A DNA stretch of 64,000 nt from Gammaproteobacteria bacterium (GTDB taxonomy: Bacteria > Pseudomonadota > Gammaproteobacteria > Steroidobacterales > JABDLF01): positions 16,211 to 80,210 of the forward strand of contig JBFGOQ010000002.1 in assembly GCA_041565075.1 (NCBI GenBank). The letters run 5' to 3'. The notes beneath the pieces were generated by a model. It did not search any database. It was not told where the DNA came from and saw nothing but the letters and a program-made list of their open reading frames with translations. The translations under genes were made by a program, and so were the position numbers. Shown piece by piece: positions 41,009-50,270 of the stretch (its first letter is position 1; each line of letters starts with the position of its first letter).

Positions 41009-42556
41009 ATGTCATACAGGCCAAAGCCCATGGTCCTGACCGTGCTGGATGGGTGGGGATACAGCGAGCAGGCAGAGCACCACGCACTTTTGAGCGCGCG
41101 AACGCCCAACTGCGACCGCTTGTGGGCGGATTGCGCCCAAGGGCTGGTTCACACTTCCGGGGCTGTGGTCGGCTTGCCCGAGGGACAAATGGGAAATTCC
41201 GAAGTGGGCCACCTGAACCTGGGTGCCGGGCGCGTCGTTTTTCAGGATTACACGCGGGTGACCCAGGCCATCGAGGACGGAAGTTTCGAGGAGAATGAGG
41301 CCCTGGTTACCGCTATTGGCAAAGTGCGGGCAAGCGGCGGTGCGGTGCATGTGATGGGACTGCTTTCACCGGGCGGCGTGCACAGTCACGAAGCGCACAT
41401 GCATGCGCTGGTGCGGATGCTCGCGCACCGGGGCGTGTCCAGGGTTTTTGTCCACGCGATGCTGGATGGGCGGGACATGCCGCCACGTAGCGCGGGACCA
41501 TCACTGGAACGCATGCAGAAAGTATGTGATGAGGCAGGCACCGGCCGGATTGCCAGCATTTGTGGGCGCTACTACGCCATGGACCGGGACAAGCGCTGGG
41601 ACCGCGTACAAAAGGCCTGGCGTATGTATGTCGACGGCGAAGCGCCGTTCCGGCATCCGGACGCGCTCTCAGCACTGCAGGCCGCCTACGAACGCGACGA
41701 GTCCGACGAGTTCGTAAAACCGACCCTGATACTCGGTGACGACGGCAGCATCGCAACCGTTGGCGACGGCGATGCCATAATTTTCATGAACTATCGTGCA
41801 GACCGGGCGCGGGAATTAAGCCACGCGTTCGTGAATGAAGAATTTGACGGCTTCGAGCGCCAGCATCGGCCTGCGCTGGTCGATTTCGTGAGCCTTACAC
41901 AATATGAAAAGGGCCTGGCAACGACCGCGGCTTTTCCGCCGGTGGCACTGACCAACACACTGGGTGCCTACGTTGCCGGGCTGGGTCTGAAACAGTTGCG
42001 TATCGCCGAAACCGAAAAGTACGCGCATGTCACCTTCTTTTTCAATGGCGGCGAAGAGGCGCCGTTCCCGGGGGAAGATCGCATCCTCATACCGTCACCG
42101 AAAATCGCAACCTATGATCTGCAACCTGAGATGAGCGCGCCTGAGATGACTGACAAGCTGGTCGCTGCCATAGCCAGTGACAAGTACGATTTGATTATCA
42201 GCAATTATGCCAATGCAGACATGGTTGGGCACAGCGGTGATTTTGCTGCAACGGTGAAAGCCATCGAAGCGCTGGACGAATGCATCGGTCGTGTTGCGCA
42301 GGCCCTGCACCAGCAAGGGGGCGAGCTGCTTGTTACTTCTGATCATGGCAATGCAGAGCAAATGAGCGACCCCAATACCGGCCAGACCCATACCGCACAC
42401 ACCACTAATCCGGTACCGTTGCTCTATGTGGGCCGCAAGGGAACGATCGCCGACGGCGGCTCGCTTGCTGACATTGCTCCGACACTGTTGCAGCTGATGG
42501 GGCTGGAGCAGCCGGTGGAGATGACCGGTCGGCCTCTGATTACACTGGAGGTCTGA
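41009..42556 (+). CDS. gpmI: 2,3-bisphosphoglycerate-independent phosphoglycerate mutase
   Basis: PMVLTVLDGWG, GNSEVGHLNLGAGR, and TSDHGNAE motifs. RBS AAAAGGA precedes the ATG at 41009. Confidence 0.95.
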   Translation: MSYRPKPMVLTVLDGWGYSEQAEHHALLSARTPNCDRLWADCAQGLVHTSGAVVGLPEGQMGNSEVGHLNLGAGRVVFQDYTRVTQAIEDGSFEENEALVTAIGKVRASGGAVHVMGLLSPGGVHSHEAHMHALVRMLAHRGVSRVFVHAMLDGRDMPPRSAGPSLERMQKVCDEAGTGRIASICGRYYAMDRDKRWDRVQKAWRMYVDGEAPFRHPDALSALQAAYERDESDEFVKPTLILGDDGSIATVGDGDAIIFMNYRADRARELSHAFVNEEFDGFERQHRPALVDFVSLTQYEKGLATTAAFPPVALTNTLGAYVAGLGLKQLRIAETEKYAHVTFFFNGGEEAPFPGEDRILIPSPKIATYDLQPEMSAPEMTDKLVAAIASDKYDLIISNYANADMVGHSGDFAATVKAIEALDECIGRVAQALHQQGGELLVTSDHGNAEQMSDPNTGQTHTAHTTNPVPLLYVGRKGTIADGGSLADIAPTLLQLMGLEQPVEMTGRPLITLEV

Positions 42557-42570
42557 GTCAGCACAGATGA

Positions 42571-43752
42571 ATGTCAGCATTGAATAGAGCAATTGTCGTC
42601 TGTTCATTCGCGGTGCTGCTGTCATGGCCGCTGACTAATCCGCCTGCCTATGCGAGCCAGGGTGGCCAGGTAAAAGCGCGGGAAGCAGAACTAAAGGAAT
42701 TGCGAGACCGCCTGCAAGATCTGCGCGACGATCTGCAAAAGGACTTGCGCAAACGCGACCAACTGGCAGCCAGCCTGCAAGACGCCGAAAAACAGGAAGC
42801 CGCCGCGACCCAACGACTTGCCCAGGTACGGACAGATCAGCAAAGCAACCGCGCCGAGCGCAAGCAAGTGCGCTCGGCCCGGCAGGCGCGTGAAAAAGAG
42901 CTTGCGAGGGAACGCGACGTGTTGGCGCGCCAGCTGCGCGCCGCATATATAAATGGCCGTGGCGAGCGCCTGAAGCTGCTGCTTAATGAGCAGGATCCCG
43001 CGAAACTGGGACGCCAGATTGTCTATTACGATTATCTTAATCGGGCGCGAAACGAACGCATCAGGAATGTGCTGGAACATCTTGCGGAGATAGCCCGCCT
43101 CGACCGGCAGCTGGCCGACATTGCCGAAAATCTTGCGCGGCTCGCCGAGGAAGCCGAGAGTGAACTGGCGGCGCGTGCGCGCGCCCGCGAGGAACGCACG
43201 GTCATTCTCGGCAGGATCGAGCGGCGCATCAGTGAGCGGGGTGGTCAGATTGCCAGGCTTGAATCGGAAGAAGCGGCGCTCGACAAACTGATTGGGGAGC
43301 TGCAGGCGGTCATGCGGGATTTTCCTGTGCAGGGCGAGCAACCGTTCACTGCCCTGAAAGGCAAACTAAGCTGGCCGGTTTCCGGGCAACTTGTCAGTGA
43401 TTACGGTGAGCCTCGTGCCGGCGACACTATTCGCTGGAACGGCGTTGTGGTTGCCGCCGAGCGCGGTGCGCCGGTGCGGGCGGTGGCCCGTGGCAGAATA
43501 AGCTACGCGGACTGGTTACCCGGGCTGGGCTTATTGGTGATCCTTGATCATGGCGGCGGCTACCTGTCTCTGTACGGGCATAACAACACTATTAATCGTG
43601 ATGTTGGGGAGTGGGTAAGTCCGGGTGACGTTATAGCGACCGTCGGTGAAAGCGGCGGGCGGCGCAGACCGGCGTTGTATTTCGAGATTCGTAAGGGCCC
43701 CCGGCCGGAGAACCCCAATCGCTGGTTCAGCAAGGCCTTGAAAAAGAGCTGA
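42571..43752 (+). CDS. envC: Murein hydrolase activator EnvC-like (coiled coil + M23 peptidase domain)
   Basis: Signal peptide, a long coiled-coil region, and a C-terminal LytM/M23 domain (LDHGGGYLSLYGHN). Conserved gpmI-envC-ctpA-yibQ synteny. Confidence 0.85.
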   Translation: MSALNRAIVVCSFAVLLSWPLTNPPAYASQGGQVKAREAELKELRDRLQDLRDDLQKDLRKRDQLAASLQDAEKQEAAATQRLAQVRTDQQSNRAERKQVRSARQAREKELARERDVLARQLRAAYINGRGERLKLLLNEQDPAKLGRQIVYYDYLNRARNERIRNVLEHLAEIARLDRQLADIAENLARLAEEAESELAARARAREERTVILGRIERRISERGGQIARLESEEAALDKLIGELQAVMRDFPVQGEQPFTALKGKLSWPVSGQLVSDYGEPRAGDTIRWNGVVVAAERGAPVRAVARGRISYADWLPGLGLLVILDHGGGYLSLYGHNNTINRDVGEWVSPGDVIATVGESGGRRRPALYFEIRKGPRPENPNRWFSKALKKS

Positions 43753-43773
43753 AAGCTGCGTAATTCGGCAGAA

Positions 43774-45078
43774 ATGGCAAAGTTCGCTGTGCTATCTTCA
43801 ATGGATTGGCACCGCGCCGCACTGAAGCTTATGAGCGTACAAATCCGCAGCATGCTGGTGATGGTCGTCGGAGTTCTTCTTGGACTCGCATTGACCCTTA
43901 GCCACGCCGTACTCGCTGATAAGGGCGAGCCGACGCCGGCTGCCTCTTCCACGCTGCCGTGGGAAGATGCCCGACTGCTCGCCGAAGTGCTGGAGCGGGT
44001 CAAACGCGACTACGTGGATGATGTCGATGACGGGGTATTAATTGAAGGTGCAATCCGGGGCATGATATCCAGCCTCGACCCATATTCTTCGTTTCTTGAT
44101 CCGGGGCAATTTGAAGACATCCAGGTGACGACTCGCGGCAGCTACAGCGGCGTCGGGATTGAAGTTACGACCCGTGACGGCGAGCTGAAAATCATTGCAC
44201 CAATGGATGATACGCCAGCCTCCGAGGCCGGTCTGTTGCCCGGTGATGTCATCGTGATGATTGATGGTGAGAAGATCACGGCTGAAAACCTTGCTGAAAT
44301 GACGGGGCGCTTGCGCGGCGAAGAAGGCTCGAAAGTGATGCTGGGCATCAGCCGTCAAGACTCTGACGAAATTTTTGATTATGAGATTACTCGTGCGCGC
44401 ATCCGCGTAAGCAGCGTGCGATCGCGTATGCTGGAACAAGACTATGCGTATGTGCGAATCGCGGTTTTCAGCGAAAGTACGGGCAAGGATCTGACGCGTG
44501 CGGTCAGGCGTCTGCGACGCGCCAACCGCGGTCCTCTCAAAGGCGTCGTCCTGGACTTGCGCAACAATCCAGGAGGCGTGCTGGAAGCGGCAGTTGAAGT
44601 CGCAGATGCATTTCTGGAAGAAGGTCTGATCGTCAGCGGTGATGGACGCGTAGACGATGCGCGCTTTGCGATGCGGGCCGGGCCCGGCGATGTCACTGAT
44701 GGGGCGAGAATCGCGGTACTGGTCAATGCGGGTTCGGCTTCGGCTTCTGAAATCGTTGCCGGCGCGCTGCGTGATCATCAGCGGGCGATTATCGTAGGCA
44801 ATACGACATTCGGCAAAGGTTCGGTACAGACTGTCATGCCCCTGTCTGATGGTCGCGCTTTGAAACTCACCACCTCCAAGTACTTCACACCCTCCGGCGA
44901 ATCCATTCATGACTCCGGGATTACAGCGGATATCGAACTCGATGCGACCAGGAACAATTCCGCGCTGCGCGAGGTTGGTCTGGAGGAAGCCCTGGCGGTA
45001 CTCAAGGGCGAGCATGCGACGAGCCTCAGCAAGTCACCTGACGACGAGGCCGACCGGGTCTCACAGGGCCTGCGCTGA
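43774..45078 (+). CDS. Carboxy-terminal processing protease (S41 family)
   Basis: PDZ region (GLLPGDVIVMIDGE) and S41 catalytic region (NAGSASASEIVAGAL ... TFGKGSVQ). An alternative start lies at 43834. Confidence 0.88.
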   Translation: MAKFAVLSSMDWHRAALKLMSVQIRSMLVMVVGVLLGLALTLSHAVLADKGEPTPAASSTLPWEDARLLAEVLERVKRDYVDDVDDGVLIEGAIRGMISSLDPYSSFLDPGQFEDIQVTTRGSYSGVGIEVTTRDGELKIIAPMDDTPASEAGLLPGDVIVMIDGEKITAENLAEMTGRLRGEEGSKVMLGISRQDSDEIFDYEITRARIRVSSVRSRMLEQDYAYVRIAVFSESTGKDLTRAVRRLRRANRGPLKGVVLDLRNNPGGVLEAAVEVADAFLEEGLIVSGDGRVDDARFAMRAGPGDVTDGARIAVLVNAGSASASEIVAGALRDHQRAIIVGNTTFGKGSVQTVMPLSDGRALKLTTSKYFTPSGESIHDSGITADIELDATRNNSALREVGLEEALAVLKGEHATSLSKSPDDEADRVSQGLR

Positions 45079-45079
45079 C

Positions 45080-45889
45080 ATGCGCGCAGGTATCGTCGCG
45101 GCGCTATTGGCAAGCCTGTTGCTGGTGGGGGAGTTGTCGCTGGCCGAGGAAAGGCCGGCGACTCCCGTTATCAGCATCATTGTTGACGACTTGGGTTACC
45201 AATACGAGGGTGGTCGTCGGGTCGTGGACTTGCCGGGCCCGGTGGCCTGCTCGGTCCTGCCACATACACCCTTTGGTGAAAGACTGGCCCGTGCCGCCCA
45301 TAAAGCCGGCAAGGAAGTGCTGCTGCACCTCCCCATGCAACCGATGAACGACGAAGATCCCGGTTTCGGCGCATTGCTGCTGGAAACGGGCGAGCAGGAC
45401 CTGCGACGGTTGCTGAATGCGAATCTCGCCGCTGTTCCTCACGTTGTGGGCATCAACAATCACATGGGCAGCTTGCTGACCCGACATCCTGGCCACATGG
45501 CGTGGCTGATGCGCAGCCTGCGCGATGATCCGCGGGGCCTGTTTTTCGTAGACAGCGTGACCTCGACGCAGAGCGTGGCCATGCAGATTGCCCGGGAAAA
45601 CCACGTGCCGTCAGTGCGGCGCGACCTGTTCCTCGACCGTGATCCCGAACCCGAAGCCGTTGCGAGCCAGTTCGAAGCTCTGATAGCGCTGGCCCGGGAG
45701 CGTGGGTCGGCGGTGGCTATAGGGCATCCTTATCCGGGCACCCTTGAGGTGCTTGAGCGTGAATTGCCGCGGCTCGGCGAGCACGGCGTGCGCTTGATCA
45801 GTGTGGCAGAATTCATCCGTCGAGATATGACGGAGAGTCCGAGATGGCACGCGTCCTTGTCCCCCTTGCCGAAGGCTTCGAAGAACTAG
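45080..45889 (+). CDS. Divergent polysaccharide deacetylase family protein (YibQ-like)
   Basis: ISIIVDDLGY, NNHMGS, and AIGHPYP motifs. The ATG at 45080 lies one nt after the protease stop. The track start at 44909 is an overlap artefact. Confidence 0.82.
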   Translation: MRAGIVAALLASLLLVGELSLAEERPATPVISIIVDDLGYQYEGGRRVVDLPGPVACSVLPHTPFGERLARAAHKAGKEVLLHLPMQPMNDEDPGFGALLLETGEQDLRRLLNANLAAVPHVVGINNHMGSLLTRHPGHMAWLMRSLRDDPRGLFFVDSVTSTQSVAMQIARENHVPSVRRDLFLDRDPEPEAVASQFEALIALARERGSAVAIGHPYPGTLEVLERELPRLGEHGVRLISVAEFIRRDMTESPRWHASLSPLPKASKN

Positions 45890-46401
45890 AAGCCGTTACA
45901 ATTATCGATTTGCTCAGACGCGCAGGCATCGAGGTTACGGTAGCCAGCCTCGCTGCCGGACCCGTGCGGGGTGCTCACGACATCACCATCACTGCGGACA
46001 TGACCCTGACCGATGCACTTGGTGCCGACTTCGACATGGTGGCGTTGCCCGGCGGACTGCCGGGGTCCGATCACCTGGCAGCCGATCCGCGACTGCGAGC
46101 ACTGCTGCAGGAGATGGCTGCCAGCGGAAAGTTCACCGCCGCAATCTGCGCGGCACCGAGGGCACTGGCCGCTGCCGGCATACTGCGCGGTCGTCGAGCG
46201 ACAAGTTACCCGGGAGCCCTGGCCGGGGACGTGGTCGCGGAACTCAGCTATGAAGCGTCGGCAGTCGTCACCGATGGTAAAGTGATCACCTCGCGGGGTC
46301 CTGGCACCGCCATGGACTTTGCCCTGGCACTGGTAGGCGCCCTGCTTGGTAACGACAAACGCGATGAGGTCGAGGGCCGTCTGCAACGTCAGGCAGCCTG
46401 A
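45844..46401 (+). CDS. DJ-1/PfpI family protein (YajL/ThiJ-like)
   Basis: VLVPLAEGFEELEAVTIIDLLRRAG and the nucleophile-elbow AICAAP motif. Confidence 0.88.
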   Translation: MARVLVPLAEGFEELEAVTIIDLLRRAGIEVTVASLAAGPVRGAHDITITADMTLTDALGADFDMVALPGGLPGSDHLAADPRLRALLQEMAASGKFTAAICAAPRALAAAGILRGRRATSYPGALAGDVVAELSYEASAVVTDGKVITSRGPGTAMDFALALVGALLGNDKRDEVEGRLQRQAA

Positions 46402-46416
46402 TCCGGGAGAGTAGCA

Positions 46417-46650
46417 ATGAGCGAATCGGCAACCCGGCATAATATTTATGTTGCGGTGGTGGGCGAGGACCCGACAGTGTGGCGGCCCGTGGAGGCGGTG
46501 CAAATAAGCGAAGATGTTTTTGAAATCGTCTCGGTTAACGCCAACCCGGAGGGTCAGCAATGGCAATTTGAGACCGGGATGCGGGTACGGGTAGCGGAAC
46601 ATACTTTCATGGATGACCGCAAAGGGCTGGTAGCAACGCAACAGGCCTGA
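46417..46650 (+). CDS. Small hypothetical protein (77 aa)
   Basis: GGGAGAG Shine-Dalgarno upstream, tight spacing with flanking same-strand genes, and no recognised motif. Confidence 0.45.
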   Translation: MSESATRHNIYVAVVGEDPTVWRPVEAVQISEDVFEIVSVNANPEGQQWQFETGMRVRVAEHTFMDDRKGLVATQQA

Positions 46651-46677
46651 TATAGATTTTTGCAGTTGGAGGTCGAA

Positions 46678-46944
46678 ATGTCCGAGCTTGAAAAAGAATT
46701 TGCCGACGCCAGCGCCAGCGCCAAGGCCCTTCCGCAGAAGCCTGACAACGATACGCTCTTGAAGCTGTATGCCCTGTACAAGCAGGGCACAGATGGCGAT
46801 GTGCACGGTGAGCAGCCCGGCTTCATGGATTTCGTCGGTCGGGCTAAATACGAGGCCTGGAAAGAGGTCGAGGGCATGGACAAGGACAGGGCCAGGCAGG
46901 CCTATGTCGAGCTGGTCAACGACCTCAAGTCACGCATGGCCTGA
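46678..46944 (+). CDS. Acyl-CoA-binding protein (ACBP)
   Basis: LLKLYALYKQGTDGDV ... KYEAW is the ACBP signature. The start is set at MSELEKEF. Confidence 0.85.
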   Translation: MSELEKEFADASASAKALPQKPDNDTLLKLYALYKQGTDGDVHGEQPGFMDFVGRAKYEAWKEVEGMDKDRARQAYVELVNDLKSRMA

Positions 46945-46979
46945 TTCCCCGGCGTGGCTGCACGCCTCAGGTATATTTT

Positions 46980-48305
46980 ATGATTGAAGCCCAGCGGCTC
47001 AGGCGCATTCTCGGGCTTGCTCTACCTATCATCGGCGGCATGGTGTCGCAAAACGTGCTCAACCTCGTGGACACCGCCATGGTGGGCACGCTGGGCGATG
47101 CGGCACTGGCGGCCGTAGGGCTGGGTGGCTTCGCGCTGTTCATGTGCATGGCTCTGATCCTGGGCATTTCCACCGGAGTCCAGGCGACCGCGGCCCGGCG
47201 CAAGGGCGAGGGGCGCCACGACGAAACCGCGGTCGTTCTCAACGGCGCGCTGGTAATGGTACTGATGGCGGCGCCGCTGCTATCGGCCGTGCTCTATTTT
47301 GCGGTGCCGGCGTTTTATCCATGGCTCAATAGTGATCCGCAAGTTATCCGGCAGGGTGTGCCCTATTTGCAAGTACGCCTGCTGGCTATCGTGTTCGTGG
47401 GCATAAATTTCGCCTTCCGGGGTTACTGGAATGCCGTGGATCTGTCGCGTCTATATATGGGTACGCTGGTCGTGATGCACGCCAGCAACATATTTCTCAA
47501 TTACGTTTTTATTTTTGGCAATTTTGGTGCGCCCCAACTCGGTGTTACCGGCGCTGGCCTGGCTTCGGCAATGTCCACGGTTATCGGTGCCGGCCTGTAC
47601 ATGTTTCTGGGTCTGAAATTTGCGCGCTCGGGCGGCTTCTTGCGCGGTCTGCCCGCGCAACATGTTTTCAAGGACCTGGCGCGTCTGTCCATGCCCAGCG
47701 GGATTCAACAACTGGCTTTTGCCGCCGGCTTCGTCGCCACTTACTGGATTGTGGGCCTGGTGGGAACACGGGAACTTGCAGCAGCCAGCGTGCTGATAAA
47801 CGTTACCCTGGTGGCGGTCCTGCCCGGCCTCGGACTGGGCCTGTCGGCCGCGACCCTGGTTGGTCAGGCGCTGGGACGGAGTGATACGCAAGATGCCGAA
47901 GCCTGGGGCTGGGACGTGGTAAAGGTCGCAGTGGTGGTGCTGGCGATACTCGGCGCGCCCATGTGGCTGCTGCCTGACCCGATTTTGGGCGTGTTCATAC
48001 ATGACCCCTTAACGGTGGCGGTGGGCCGCTGGCCGATGCGCCTGGTTGGCTGCACCATGGTGGTCGAGGCGCTGGGCCTGGTACTGATGCACGCACTGAT
48101 GGGAGCGGGCGACGTGCGCAGGGTCATGGTTGTTGCCATCGCGGCCCAGTGGGCGGTATTTCTGCCGCTTGCCTACCTGGCCGGCCCGGTTCTTGGGTTC
48201 GGTCTTATCGGAATCTGGGTCATGCAAGGCGCCTATCGGAGCGGCCAGGCGTTCTTCTTTTACCGCTTCTGGAAGCAGCGCAAATGGGCCGGTATTCGCG
48301 TATAG
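46980..48305 (+). CDS. MATE family efflux transporter
   Basis: 441 aa with about 12 TM helices. N-terminus LALPIIGGMVSQNVLNLVDTAMVGTLG is typical of MATE/NorM-DinF proteins. Confidence 0.85.
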   Translation: MIEAQRLRRILGLALPIIGGMVSQNVLNLVDTAMVGTLGDAALAAVGLGGFALFMCMALILGISTGVQATAARRKGEGRHDETAVVLNGALVMVLMAAPLLSAVLYFAVPAFYPWLNSDPQVIRQGVPYLQVRLLAIVFVGINFAFRGYWNAVDLSRLYMGTLVVMHASNIFLNYVFIFGNFGAPQLGVTGAGLASAMSTVIGAGLYMFLGLKFARSGGFLRGLPAQHVFKDLARLSMPSGIQQLAFAAGFVATYWIVGLVGTRELAAASVLINVTLVAVLPGLGLGLSAATLVGQALGRSDTQDAEAWGWDVVKVAVVVLAILGAPMWLLPDPILGVFIHDPLTVAVGRWPMRLVGCTMVVEALGLVLMHALMGAGDVRRVMVVAIAAQWAVFLPLAYLAGPVLGFGLIGIWVMQGAYRSGQAFFFYRFWKQRKWAGIRV

Positions 48306-48374
48306 GCAGTATGGTCGCCGCGCGCTGTCCATGGCAAGATGAGCGCCCCGGGTTGGCTGCGCTGGAGAACAGCT

Positions 48375-48752
48375 ATGGCAGGTTTCCTGATTCGTTGCCT
48401 GGTGAGCGCCATCGGCGTCTGGCTGGCTTCGCTGATTATCGGAGGTATTACCGTTCAGGGTACTGGCGTGTTGTTGGGTGCGGGACTGCTGTTGGGTATC
48501 GTTAATGCGTTCATCCGTCCGGTCATGATCATACTGACCTTGCCCTTCACTATTCTTACCCTCGGCCTGTTCCTGTTCGTGATCAACGCGATGATGCTGG
48601 GTCTGGTCGCCTGGTTCCTGGATGGTTTCGCTATCTCGGGTTTTTGGGCGGCGCTCGGTGGCTCGATCATAGTCAGCCTGACAAGCTGGGTAGCATCCTG
48701 GTACATCGGCCCCAAGGGCAAAGTGGATATAGTGGTAGTACGCAACGACTGA
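48375..48752 (+). CDS. Phage holin family 4 / DUF360 membrane protein
   Basis: Four TM helices with IVNAFIRPVMIILTLPFTILTLGLFLFVINA, the DUF360 pattern. The start is set at MAGFLIRCL. Confidence 0.75.
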   Translation: MAGFLIRCLVSAIGVWLASLIIGGITVQGTGVLLGAGLLLGIVNAFIRPVMIILTLPFTILTLGLFLFVINAMMLGLVAWFLDGFAISGFWAALGGSIIVSLTSWVASWYIGPKGKVDIVVVRND

Positions 48753-48780
48753 CAGGACGGTTGCAGGCGAGCACCAAAAC

Positions 48781-49128
48781 ATGCGGTTTCACAAGGTTTG
48801 CAAGACATCGGACATCCCCCTGGGCGAGATGCGCCCATTCAGTGTCGCGAAGAAGAAAATCGTTGTTTACCATATTGGTACGGGTTTTTATGCTTCGCAG
48901 GCAAGCTGTACCCACATGTTCGCGCCGCTGGCGCGCGGCAAGATTCTCGATGACTGCGTAGTGCAATGCCCGCTGCACCGGGCCCGCTTCGATATCGCCA
49001 GCGGCGAGGTGCAGGCCTGGGCTAACTTCCCGGTCGGCATACAACTGCTTAACGCTGTGCGCGGTGAGAAGAAGCTCAAGACTTTTGCCGTAGATGTGCG
49101 CGGCAAGGATGTCTATGTCAGGCTCTGA
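48781..49128 (+). CDS. Rieske [2Fe-2S] domain protein
   Basis: CTHMFAPL ... CPLHRARF (CxH...CxxH Rieske ligands). Confidence 0.85.
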   Translation: MRFHKVCKTSDIPLGEMRPFSVAKKKIVVYHIGTGFYASQASCTHMFAPLARGKILDDCVVQCPLHRARFDIASGEVQAWANFPVGIQLLNAVRGEKKLKTFAVDVRGKDVYVRL

Positions 49129-49144
49129 GCGCTGACCGGGCAAC

Positions 49145-49537
49145 ATGGGCATTCCCGTTACAGCTCTTTATGCCGCCTTGCTTGGCTTGCTGGCGATTGG
49201 TCTCGCCGCACGCGTAGTTATTTTGCGCCGGCGACTCAGGGTGGGCGTGGGTGACGGCGGGCATGAAACCATGGCGCTCGCGATTCGCGCCCATGCCAAC
49301 CTGGTGGAGTATGCACCGCTCGCGCTGCTGCTGTTGCTGGTGCTCGAATTTTCGGGTGCTCGCGACGCCTTGCTGCACGCCCTCGGTGTCGCGTTATTGG
49401 CGGGGCGTCTGCTGCATGCCTGGGGGCTTTCTCACAAGACAGGTATTTCTTTCGGGCGCTTTTATGGCACGGCCCTGACCTGGGCGATGATTGTGGTAGC
49501 GGCAGGGGGCTTGTTGCTCAAGTCGCTAATGGGCTGA
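49145..49537 (+). CDS. MAPEG family membrane protein
   Basis: 130 aa, 3-4 TM helices, RAHANLVEYAPLALLLL motif. Confidence 0.75.
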   Translation: MGIPVTALYAALLGLLAIGLAARVVILRRRLRVGVGDGGHETMALAIRAHANLVEYAPLALLLLLVLEFSGARDALLHALGVALLAGRLLHAWGLSHKTGISFGRFYGTALTWAMIVVAAGGLLLKSLMG

Positions 49538-49589
49538 TATCAGGGCCTGAGACCCCGCGCAACAGCGACGCCCGGAAAGAAAGGGCGGG

Positions 49590-50147
49590 TCAGAAACGCC
49601 AGGTAAAGCCGATCGATGTCAGCTTTATGTCGAGATCCATCGAACGGTATTCGAGCTGTACCCTGAAAGGGTTGGACACATCGTAACCGACACCGATTCC
49701 GAACAGCAGGTCATGCTTGGTTGTAGCGGCTTCGGTTCCGGGCTGGACGTTCCAGCCTTGCACACCCAGATGGCCATAAATTGAAAGATCGTCATCCAGC
49801 CGGATGGCCGGTGCGAGTGACAGCGCGTAGGAGGTGCCATAATGGATGGAGCGATCGCTTGCCGCCCGGCAGACAAAATCGGCCGCCAGGCAACTTTGCC
49901 CGCGTGTGGTATCCAGGAGGTATTCGTCGAGGCCGGCGTGCAGGGTAAAGACTTCGCTGAAACGATACCCCGCCCGCAAGTTGAGTATGTCCTGGCTTGC
50001 AGATTCGACGCGGGGCTTTAGTAGTTCGGCGCCGACGCCTGTGCGGTCCGAGGTCCGTGGGGTTTCGAGAAACCAGCCATAGTCGCCGGCGGCCGTGGTG
50101 CCCACCAGGCCACTGAGAAAAATAACGGTCAAAATGTAACGTTGCAT
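49590..50147 (-). CDS. Small outer-membrane beta-barrel protein (OmpA-like / porin family)
   Basis: Signal peptide, alternating beta-strand pattern, and a C-terminal ...FTWRF aromatic terminus. Confidence 0.7.
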   Translation of the reverse strand: MQRYILTVIFLSGLVGTTAAGDYGWFLETPRTSDRTGVGAELLKPRVESASQDILNLRAGYRFSEVFTLHAGLDEYLLDTTRGQSCLAADFVCRAASDRSIHYGTSYALSLAPAIRLDDDLSIYGHLGVQGWNVQPGTEAATTKHDLLFGIGVGYDVSNPFRVQLEYRSMDLDIKLTSIGFTWRF

Positions 50148-50270
50148 CGTCCCTCCCGCGCTTTAGCCAGGGACGTGAAAAAGTTACGCTTGGCGGCGTG
50201 TTTTCTCTATGTTGCGGGTCACACTTATCGAATCTTTACATTTGCCAATATGTAAAGAAACCGTGATATT

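Noticed and set aside
45886-46806. A 306-aa minus-strand ORF. Similar long antisense ORFs occur at 4384-5514, 44038-45015, 48009-48782, 25470-26027 and 20252-20947.
   Set aside because: Each overlaps a gene on the opposite strand that has clear family motifs. None has a motif of its own.
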